DNA of 64,000 nucleotides from Octopus vulgaris (Eukaryota): NCBI GenBank assembly GCA_951406725.2, contig OX597837.1, positions 47,926,001 to 47,990,000 of the forward strand, read 5' to 3'. Shown piece by piece: positions 13,554 to 23,934 of this stretch (position 1 is its first letter; each line of letters starts with the position of its first letter). The notes under the pieces were generated by a model. It saw only the letters and a program-made list of their open reading frames with translations, ran no database searches and was not told where the DNA came from. The position numbers and the translations under genes were made by a program.

Positions 13554-13589
<36 letters not shown>

Positions 13590-13759
13590 TTGTGTGATTA
13601 AAATTTGCATGATTTATGACCAATATTTAGAATTCCATGTGTATCAAAAGAGGAAACTCTGAAAAGAACTCATGTATGATAGTTCAAGTTTCCTTTCGCT
13701 TGTCTCCATAGACAGAAACACAAAAGAACGCATATAACAAAATCGAAACTGGAGAGTCG

Positions 13760-14480
13760 GTCTATCGTGGTCTTCCAGGCAATAACAGAAGAATTCGAGA
13801 CAGGATGCCCCTAGTAGCTCCTTTATGCTGATGACCTTGCTCTAATAAGCAAGAGATAAAGTTTCATGTGTTGAAGCAAGGTCTAGAATCGAAGGGCCTT
13901 AGAGTCAGTCTAGCAAAAACCAAACTCCTAGTAAGTAGGAAGGAAGACAAATCACAAAGCCCTTCAGGTAGATGGCCCTGCTCGATCTGTAGAAAAGGCG
14001 TAGATAGAAGCTCCATAAAATGTACCCAGTGTAAACTATAGACATAGGAGGTGCAGCAATATCAAAGGAAGGTTAACTGGGAAGATAGTTCTTGTGTGTG
14101 GCAGATGCACAAGGGTAATAAACATTGAAGATGTACAGAAAACAGATTCCATCACATGTCAGGGGGAGAAGCTAGAAGTAGTTGATAGCTTCCGCTACCT
14201 AGTTGAATAAGTCTGTAGTGGGGGTAGATGCTCTGAGAGCGTAGCCGCTAGAATAAAAATAGCCTGGGTAAAGTTCAGGAAGCTCCAACTTCTGCTGGTA
14301 ACAAAGGGCCTCCCGCTCAGAGTGAAAGGTAGACTGTATGATGCATGTGTGTGAACAGCCATGCTACACGGCAGTGAAAGAAACGAAGCTAGTATGATCC
14401 GCTGGATGTGTAATGTCAGGGTGCATAACCGATAGAAGTGTTAACGCCCTAAGAGAAAAGTTGGACATAAGGAGCATCCG
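13760..14480 (+). mobile_element. RTE LINE fragment, same family as 8620-11773
   Basis: High similarity to 10290-11050; LLYADDL; WPCSICRKG...CGRC. Confidence 0.9.
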
Positions 14481-15490
14481 GAGCACAAGCAAATAAAGTA
14501 TTTACAAAAGTTGACCAGTGTTCATTTTAGAAGCCTAACATTAACCATCATAAGTATGGTATCGTAATCAGACAAAAAGCTAACAGCTTTGTTAGTGTAT
14601 GGACATAACCAAACTTGTGATAAAAAAAAAAAGAAAAAGAACCGAAAGACTATACATTTCATGGCATTATCTTTATTGAAAAAACTTAATTAAGGTACTA
14701 AGGTCCATTTCAGTTTTGAGACATCTACTTCCGAGTTACTCTAAGTAAAAGTTTTCTTGGAGGCCCTGTATATTTGCTTGTGTTTGAACTCACGCGAATA
14801 TATATATATATTGATACGAGGTCAGTCGGAGAAAAAGTGCTGTGACCCAGTTTCGTGGTTTGGTGCCGGACAGACGGGGGAAACAAGTTATTTGGCTTTT
14901 GTCCTGTCATTTGTAGGGAAAATTAATGAGTTAGGAAGTGACATTTTGGCCCCTACGGTCAGGGTAAGTTTAAGGAAAAAATAAAAATGCTACCCTTTAT
15001 AAATGCGGCGAGCTGGGGTTTGTTGGTCAGTTTTGCCTGAGACAGTCAGTTGGCAACAGGTCAGTTTGGCGTGAGAGTTGGCCTGAGACAGTTCAGTTGG
15101 CTAGAGGTGCAGTCGGGAGAGGCAACGACAAGGATGACAAGCGTGGCGAGAAGGACAGACACAGAGGATTGAGGACTTGTCAATAGAGAGGAAGTGAGGG
15201 AGATTACGGCGAGAAGGCATGGCTATTTGTAGTGGGAGTTTTTGTGATGATTCAGGGAGTGTTGCAGACGAGAAAACGTACGGTAATGTTTTGTTTATGT
15301 TTTCGTTGTTGAATTTTGGATGGTGATGTGCGTTAAAAGAAAAGTGTTTCTACAGCGGTCGCAAATGAACTAATACTTGTAAATGGTTTTTGTTAGAGGA
15401 AGTCATGTGTGTGTGCTTGCCAGAGTGAGGATGTTTATTGAGTTGTGTTTATTTCTGAAAACTTAGTCCTTCTGTATTATATACATATGG

Positions 15491-15528
15491 CTCAAGGGCC
15501 GAGAGTTTCGAAACTCTCGGCCCTTGAG
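15491..15528. repeat. Perfect 38-bp palindrome
   Basis: ctcaagggccgagagtttcgaaactctcggcccttgag equals its own reverse complement. Confidence 0.95.
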
Positions 15529-15618
15529 TCACGCTGTTGCTTCTGCTAAATATAATTAAAAATTATATACTTATGTTTTGAGTTCTAGTTTTCCTGCAAA
15601 GCTATAAGTTTGTATATA

Positions 15619-15655
<37 letters not shown>

Positions 15656-15663
15656 ATGCATGT

Positions 15664-15725
<62 letters not shown>

Positions 15726-15756
15726 ATGTGTGTGTGTGTGTGTGTGTGTGTATATA

Positions 15757-15840
15757 AGTGAAGAACGAATATATTGTGCGTGTGTTTATTTGGCAAGAAA
15801 ATATGACCGTCCCAAAATATAAAATATATGTATATATAAT

Positions 15841-15878
<38 letters not shown>

Positions 15879-16180
15879 TTTATATTTTGGGACGGTCATT
15901 TTTCTTGCAAAATAAACACAAGCACAATATATTCGTTCTTCACTCGTTCATTATTGTTCTTATTTTATCTTTATGGCTATTGTCTGAAAATCTTTCGTCG
16001 CACATCTGTGACCTCTTCAGCGACTGTTCCATTCATCATAGAAAGGCATAATGGACTAAACATAACAGGAGCATGCACGCAGATTGACGAGTCGCTGAGG
16101 AGGTTACAGATGTGTGACGAAAGATTTCCAGACATGGATATAAGATAAGATAGGAACAATAATAAACGAGTGAAGAACGA
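15757..16180. repeat. Nested inverted repeats (Penelope-like terminal remnants)
   Basis: 15757-15829 is inverted relative to 15873-15944, and 15933-16025 is inverted relative to 16090-16180. The arms contain a CTGA(A/G)GA...GAAA hammerhead-like core. Confidence 0.8.
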
Positions 16181-16276
16181 CTATAGAGTGCGAATTTGAA
16201 AAAGAAATTCATAAACCTATGTGCGTGTATGTATATAATGTATATGTCTGTTATATATATATATATATGTATATGT

Positions 16277-16354
<78 letters not shown>

Positions 16355-16579
16355 TGTTGGGCCGTTAGCTCCTAAACGCATTTTTCTCTCTCCTTGTTTC
16401 TTTTCTGTGTATCTTTCTGTCGAAGAGCGTAGGCTCGAAACGTAAAAGACTTGTTTTATTTCTATTCCTGAGCGCCATACTAATACAATTGTTTGTTTGT
16501 ACTCCACCTGCCTTCATCTTTTGTTTATTTTCGTAAACCTGCCTTCGTCTTTTGTTTTTTTTTTCGTAAACCTTCCCGT

Positions 16580-16614
<35 letters not shown>

Positions 16615-16627
16615 GTATATGTATATG

Positions 16628-16682
<55 letters not shown>

Positions 16683-16762
16683 AATGAGTGTATTTTACCT
16701 TGTTAACAATTAACACGGAAAAATAAATAGATAAATAAACCTGCGTTAACTCCATTTTTTAT

Positions 16763-16817
<55 letters not shown>

Positions 16818-16956
16818 GTATGTAGATTAAGCAACTTGTTGCAAAAAAACCTTTATTATAATTATATAATTTTTACCGAATATGGTCCTTTCCATACCGA
16901 AATACTACTAGGTGAAATTTATTGATTTTATTAAATTAATTATATTTCACCCTTTA

Positions 16957-17017
<61 letters not shown>

Positions 17018-17034
17018 CATACATACACATACAT

Positions 17035-17107
<73 letters not shown>

Positions 17108-17204
17108 GAAAATGGAGAACAACAATTGACTTACATCAATTATTATTTATAAATTCAATATAAACAGAGTGCATCCCGTATATGATGGAAGTCAATTGTT
17201 GTTC

Positions 17205-17403
17205 ATCAACACAGCTCCCATGACTTTCGGAAACATTTTTTCACGCTCAGAGTTGCTGAAGCATGGAATAAACTGCCTGCGTCAGTTGTTGACTGCCATG
17301 ACACTGCATCCTTTAAGGCCCTCATGCTTTCCGAAATCCGCCGAAACTACACCTGATTATATATACACTTTAGATGAGTTGTAGTGCACCTGAGCACTGT
17401 ACA

Positions 17404-17485
<82 letters not shown>
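17205..17485 (+). mobile_element. 5'-truncated CR1-like LINE 3' end with (ATT)n tail
   Basis: Translates HDFRKHFFTLRVAEAWNKLPASVVDCHDTASFK (CR1 C-terminal FF..RV...WN.LP motif), then a short UTR and (ATT)n. Confidence 0.85.
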
Positions 17486-17815
17486 TAATATTTCTCCAGC
17501 TTTTATTTAAATTTTGATTCTTGATAAACTCATATTTATCTTTGTCTTTACCTATAATTTATGAGTATAATATGCTTGCATATATATACCCATGGTTGAG
17601 CATAGGTAATATACAGGTAGTATAATGGAAACTTCTATCATTTAGACGGTTATTTTAACCTCTAACTCAGCTAACCTTATATATGTACATACATACATAC
17701 ATACATACATACATACATACTTGCATGCATGCATGCATGCATACATACATACATATATATTCATAAAAGAAAATAAGGATAAAAATCACGTTAATAATAT
17801 GTGTGCCCTAGGTCC

Positions 17816-17858
<43 letters not shown>

Positions 17859-17887
17859 GTATATGTGTGTGTATATGTATATAAGTA

Positions 17888-17940
<53 letters not shown>

Positions 17941-19406
17941 AAAATATATATATTATGTATATGTGTGTGTATATGTATATAAGTATATATATATAGACAT
18001 ACTTATATACATACACGCATACACATATATAAACATATATACATATAATTATAAAATTCTTTGGTCTCTACTAGCAAACGCCCTCCCCTATAATGCTATA
18101 AGTAATAAATGTAGTTTCTGTATCAGATAATCATACATTATTCTTCAATCCTACAATTCGGGTACATTAAATAAATTCTCTGATGCTCATAAATTCCACT
18201 CATCTTTAATGAAACTCTATATATCGAGATATAAAGAATGAAGTATTTGGCAGTCCTGCTTTTTCCTCCATTAGTAATTAATTTTTCCCGGAATTTATTG
18301 GAAAATCGACTTTGTTTAAAATTCTCCCATCATTCTTCACTAGAAATTTCTTTTCGTATATAAGTGTGAATTATCGTAAAAGTGATCACTATCTGATAGA
18401 GTAGCTGACGACTAGCGTGATGTAACCTAAAATTTCCGTTTCTCTTCTCTTATATGTCTTCAAACTTAATTAATTATCTATTTACTTATTCCTAAAAAGG
18501 GGGATATTGTCAGTGTGAAAATATAGGATTCATACCTGTTGACTAATGGACTCCAGAAACGGCCGTCGAATTGCTTCATATTGACGTTAACACACTCTAT
18601 GAACATTTCTTTAGAACTCCTCTAAACTTTTAAATCCATAATTAGGATTTCTCACTACTGCCGATGTATTTTACAACTTTTAATCTTTAATTCAACGTTT
18701 CTTAACCTTAAATTCAATGCGATTTGTATATTTTAATATCTAGATTTTTGCACAGTTACCTCCCTTTACATATAATTCACAAAAATGAAAAAATTTCAAT
18801 TAGAAAATTATTTTAGACGTATTCATAACATAATAACAGATTCCTTTCCGTACATTTTATTTTTATTATCCTCCTTAGCATTTAAGGCCCCTTAGAAATC
18901 TTTTCTTAAAATTCCTTGAATTTTTCTTAAAATTTGTTTTGTATCTTATTGATTAGAACCAATTGAACGGTATTGCTTTTAAATATTAGCTGACCATTTG
19001 CGTTGTAGGATGGACATTGGTCTTACCCCACTTTTGATAGGGGTATTATGGTGACAGTCTTTTGTTAGTAAATAATAACATCACACTTAATTTATACCTA
19101 AATTATTTCTTTATTGATATAATTACGTAATGATTCCCCAACTCTGTTTACCTTAACTAAATTATATTTCTATACTATTACGTAGTTTTTAGTTTTTAAC
19201 ACATGATCCCTGTTATAAGGATTATCTCATTTACCCCACCTTTTGTCTTTATTATATCCTCCATCAAATTGTAATAAGATGTGATTTCACCTTTTAACTT
19301 TTTACATTTTATCCTTACCATCTCACGAAGCTTTGCAGTTCAATATAACTTTAGCATACAGCCGTAAGAGTGGAGTTTTGTTTATTTATTACTACGATTA
19401 TAATAA

Positions 19407-19449
<43 letters not shown>

Positions 19450-19454
19450 AATAC

Positions 19455-19516
<62 letters not shown>

Positions 19517-19614
19517 TTAGAGACAAACCCACTATTTTGCAAATCAAACAAGGAAAGACTTAATCAATACATAAAAAAATTTTAATATAATATTAATATA
19601 AAGTAAATAAATCG

Positions 19615-19658
19615 CCACTACAATTGTTTCATGTCTTCAAATGACATTCATCAGGTGG
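19615..19658 (-). ncRNA. Minimal type I hammerhead ribozyme with intact core
   Basis: Minus strand reads ccac CUGAUGA auguc auuugaa gacau GAAA caauug UA gugg: stem I ccac/gugg, 5-bp stem II, palindromic stem III ACAAUUGU, GUA cleavage triplet. Confidence 0.85.
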
Positions 19659-19711
19659 ATTTCATATCTTCTATTCAATTTTAAGTTAAAATTTAATAGA
19701 AGATATGAAAT

Positions 19712-19755
19712 CCACCCGATGAATGTCATTTGAAGACATGAAACAATTGTAGTGG
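19712..19755 (+). ncRNA. Mirror hammerhead copy with a core mutation (CCGAUGA)
   Basis: Identical to the minus-strand motif except U4->C in the CUGAUGA box. Confidence 0.7.
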
Positions 19756-19939
19756 CGATTTATTTACTTTATATTAATATTATATTAAAATTTTTTATGT
19801 ATTGATTAAGTCTTTCCTTGTTTGATTTGCAAAATAGTGGTTTTGTCTCTAATTAATATTATATAATATTTTACTATAAAATTGGATTCATTCCTAAATC
19901 TGATTTTTCCCTGTAAATTTGGATTTATTCCCTAATATT

Positions 19940-19997
<58 letters not shown>

Positions 19998-20233
19998 TAT
20001 AATGGAATAATTACTATGAATATATTGTATAAAGGATCATGGGTAAGGCCAAAACAATGCGAAGTAAATGCAAGGTAAATCGCAAGAAAACAAATATATG
20101 AATTAATATAGACTTACCTTGTATTCAATATTTCGGGGTTGTGACCTTATTTTCAAGAAGTTGACAAATGTTGCTGATGTGCGTGTGTGTGAAAATGCAT
20201 TTACTTTCGCATTATTTTGGCCCTACCCACGAT

Positions 20234-20311
<78 letters not shown>

Positions 20312-20353
20312 TACTTGAGAAGAGAAAAGAAACGAAACGACGCGAGGGCGCTC

Positions 20354-20391
<38 letters not shown>

Positions 20392-20650
20392 ATATAATAT
20401 AATATAATATAATATACATCTATATATCTGTATATAAAATATATATATATATATATATATAAATAATATATATAATATAATATAATATACATCTATATAT
20501 CTGTATATAATATATATATATATATATCTATAATATAATATAATATAATATAATATAATATACATCTATATATCTGTATATTATATATATATATATATAT
20601 AAACTTACTTGGAGAAGAGAAAAGAAACGAAACGACGCGTGGGCGCTCAG

Positions 20651-20684
<34 letters not shown>

Positions 20685-20704
20685 GTATAATATACATCTA
20701 TATA

Positions 20705-20748
<44 letters not shown>

Positions 20749-20965
20749 ATGATATATATATTTTATACAATATATAATACACACACACACACACACACGT
20801 ACATAACTTAAAGGTAATGGATAAACCGTTTCATCACGAAATAGAATTGAAATATGAAAAATCAAACACCGTTGCTGTTTTAAATAATACGTTACAGAAT
20901 ATATATATATCATTATTAATCATAGTGTTGTTGAGCTTACGGTGTTATTTACAGGTTAAATAGCT

Positions 20966-23644
20966 TTACTGATAGGTTCGGAAAGGTAGAAAAGTATTCG
21001 GTGCGGTCTGGTAGTGGGGGTCATACTCATAATAAACTTTGTGGCTGTCGATGTTCGGTTTGTAATCAGTATACCCCGGGTAGATACCGAACCTGTACCG
21101 ATATCTTGCTGTGTACGATATCTGGTTAGGATTTGCTCTAGGGATTGTTGCCACCGGAATGGAGTACTTTGATGCCCAATGCTTTCGAGGATGGTTCCTA
21201 AAGCCGCCAATGTTCCAGTTGTTGTTCGTTGATCTAGGAATCTCGTCCAGAAGTCCGTCCCCAACTGATTTTCTCCAATCTGGATAAGAGAAAGATTCGA
21301 ACCAATGTCTTTGATTTTCAACTTCTGCTATGTCTTTCCGCAGTTGTTGCTTCATTTTGCCTTCGTGGAAACTGAAAGTTTTCCCGAAGTGGTCAAGATT
21401 GAAACCTTCGTGTCTGGCTAAGAAATTATTGGAATGGAATGCCATTTGATGAGAAACAGCATCTACAGTATTAGCGGCAATATCAGCTGTATTAAAGGGC
21501 TGAACGTGGTGGTTAGGCAACGTGAAATCGAATTCAGATAGATCACGTTTCTTTCTGGTCGATCGAAGTTTCTTACGATTTTGTAAAATATCCGATGAAG
21601 AAGCTGGGAGAACATCTTTGGTCCGCAATTTAGGTTTTTCTGTTCGGTTACTTTTGTCTTCGCGAGTGATATCCTTCTGAGAGTGTTCAGTCTTTGAATT
21701 TGCTGCTGAAGAGCAGTTGGAGAGGCATGTCTTCACGTCACCGCCCTTGGGTCCGATATTTTGGCTATCTGTTCCTTTTTCCGAAGCTGCAGAAGCCACT
21801 TTCTTTTCAGAAAACTTCTTCAGTAACCAATTTGGAAATAGTGGCAAGAGAGATTGGAATCGTCTGTCACCATTTTTAGATGCCGTAGGAAAACCATTTC
21901 CAGTTTCAACTGAGTCCTTTAAGTTTCCATTGAATTTAGAATATATCGATGTTACCGCTAATATTTTCCCACTCCGATCACTAGGTGCTATATTAGGGGA
22001 GAAATCCATGTGTGAAAAGTTATCATTCTTCAAATTTTGAGATGAAAAATTATTATTTCCATTATTTAGGTGGCTTCTATGCAAATGATCGCTTTTAGCA
22101 TTGTTGACTATTTCGTGGCGATTTAGTTGTTTCGGAGAATTTCCTAAACTGTCTTTATTATTTCTACTTCGAGAGTAAGGAAATCTTTCGAAGAAAATAT
22201 TTCCGTGAAATCTTCGTGAATAGTCGACGGCGGGCGTATTCTGTGATTGTTCGTCAGCCGTTAACCATTGACCCGGCATCCAAGGTCCACCGCCAACAAA
22301 CAAGAAATTCGATTCATTTGGATATTGTCTTCTCGTCATTTCAGCCCCATCTCTTTGGTTATTTCCTGACGCTTCTGCTCCTTCTTTGTGCTCATCGTTT
22401 CCATTATTATTAAACTGGAATGCGTTTTTGTCCATTTTTACCACCACAATAGGAATTTTTTGACGTTCAACAAAATTTGTGGGCGAGAAAAATGGAGACC
22501 ATCGATTCTCAAGTTGGAAATCATTAAATCTGAAAGAGTTTTCTTTCCCCGGCCATTTGCGTTTTGGCACAAAGTTTTTTGGTTTATCATCATCAAATTC
22601 TTGAAGACGTGGTGGTTTTCTATAAATACCTCTTGTTTGACGTTTCGTTCGCCGCAGTGGCGAAACAAGATCTCTTTTCAACACAGGTTCTACTGAAAAG
22701 ATAACTAATTTATTTCTAAAATTTGGATTTGGATTCAGCTGAAGATTGCCACTTTTTGCCAGAATGATTGGTATATTTCTCTGATAAGCATGAAAATTAC
22801 GATCCACACTGTTTTCGAATACTGCTTGTTGCAGACTTTCAAAACCATTGTTTTCTATACCAGGATAATATTGTTTCGCTCGAAGTTCTCTGTTAAAATT
22901 TAAGCGATCAAAAACTTTGTGATATCTTTGTCTTTCGGTATTTTCTACCCTCTCAGCTGTTGGACGCCACAATAAATCCCGATTTCGAACAACAGCGGAA
23001 TTGAGTGGGAAAATCTCCACGGGATGAACAAACTTTGTTTGAATACTTTGTACGGGATATAGAAATATTGGTTGTTCATTACTAGTGTCATCCTGACTTA
23101 ACCATTGTCTTCCTGCATGAAACTCTCGTGCAGGTAGATGCATAAATCGACCGTTTTCAGTGGGATGATTGAAGCTTTGTTGGTGTTGATCAGCATCGAT
23201 AAATCGATCATTTTGAAGAAATGATGGCGACTGATCTTGACTGTGTGCTCTGCTGGTGGGCTTTAATGATTTATCTTGAGACATCAGCTTAATCAACCAC
23301 GTGGGATAATTTGTCGAATTGGCTGGCAAATCAGGAACCCCTTTGAATTTTGGATGGTCGTTCCAAAACTGTTGCGAATCTTCCTTTCTCGGAAATAGTG
23401 GAAAGTCTGGCGTTGTGTTTGTCTGAAACTCATCCTGCTGCTTCTCGTGATAGCTCTGAGCAGAAGAGTACTGTCTTTCAGTTGTGGTTTGCAGTATAGG
23501 TTCCACTGTTGCACTAACTGCGGTAGCTTGCTCGGTATTTTCGGGAATATCTGGAACTGAGGCGTTCAAATTTTCGCCAAATATACTTGATACAATGACG
23601 AACAGAAAGAGGATCGCAAATGACAATGTCTTCTGACCACACAT
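20966..23644 (-). CDS. Uncharacterised secreted precursor-like protein, ~892 aa, single coding exon
   Basis: 2.68-kb uninterrupted ORF in AT-rich repeat DNA. An ttttctttccAG acceptor lies 13 nt before the ATG (exon starts at 23657). Signal peptide MCGQKTLSFAILFLFVIVSSIFG; furin-type sites RRTKR and RSTRKKR. No transposon motifs recognised. Confidence 0.88.
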   Translation of the reverse strand: MCGQKTLSFAILFLFVIVSSIFGENLNASVPDIPENTEQATAVSATVEPILQTTTERQYSSAQSYHEKQQDEFQTNTTPDFPLFPRKEDSQQFWNDHPKFKGVPDLPANSTNYPTWLIKLMSQDKSLKPTSRAHSQDQSPSFLQNDRFIDADQHQQSFNHPTENGRFMHLPAREFHAGRQWLSQDDTSNEQPIFLYPVQSIQTKFVHPVEIFPLNSAVVRNRDLLWRPTAERVENTERQRYHKVFDRLNFNRELRAKQYYPGIENNGFESLQQAVFENSVDRNFHAYQRNIPIILAKSGNLQLNPNPNFRNKLVIFSVEPVLKRDLVSPLRRTKRQTRGIYRKPPRLQEFDDDKPKNFVPKRKWPGKENSFRFNDFQLENRWSPFFSPTNFVERQKIPIVVVKMDKNAFQFNNNGNDEHKEGAEASGNNQRDGAEMTRRQYPNESNFLFVGGGPWMPGQWLTADEQSQNTPAVDYSRRFHGNIFFERFPYSRSRNNKDSLGNSPKQLNRHEIVNNAKSDHLHRSHLNNGNNNFSSQNLKNDNFSHMDFSPNIAPSDRSGKILAVTSIYSKFNGNLKDSVETGNGFPTASKNGDRRFQSLLPLFPNWLLKKFSEKKVASAASEKGTDSQNIGPKGGDVKTCLSNCSSAANSKTEHSQKDITREDKSNRTEKPKLRTKDVLPASSSDILQNRKKLRSTRKKRDLSEFDFTLPNHHVQPFNTADIAANTVDAVSHQMAFHSNNFLARHEGFNLDHFGKTFSFHEGKMKQQLRKDIAEVENQRHWFESFSYPDWRKSVGDGLLDEIPRSTNNNWNIGGFRNHPRKHWASKYSIPVATIPRANPNQISYTARYRYRFGIYPGYTDYKPNIDSHKVYYEYDPHYQTAPNTFLPFRTYQ

Positions 23645-23657
23645 CGGGAATATTTGC

Positions 23658-23934
<277 letters not shown>

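Larger units (their letters stand above)
19504..19865. repeat. ~360-bp near-perfect palindrome with a 1-nt loop
   Basis: Arms pair from tatataatattaattag to ctaattaatattatata around a centre near 19685, with few mismatches. Flanked by (TA)n. Confidence 0.95.

Noticed and set aside
15571-17936. Many ORFs made of YI/CV/HT dipeptide runs (also 27477-28051, 30336-30900, 33587-34073, 37698-38135)
   Set aside because: Stop-free translations of (TA)n, (TG)n and (TATG)n microsatellites.
18240-19340. Possible very old LINE remnant on the minus strand (KSGVRP-like RT motif)
   Set aside because: Too degraded to support a family or boundaries by eye.
20966-23644. Reflectin or classical neuropeptide precursor identity for the large ORF
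   Set aside because: No Met/Asp/Tyr reflectin motifs and no repeated G-K/R-R amidated peptide copies.
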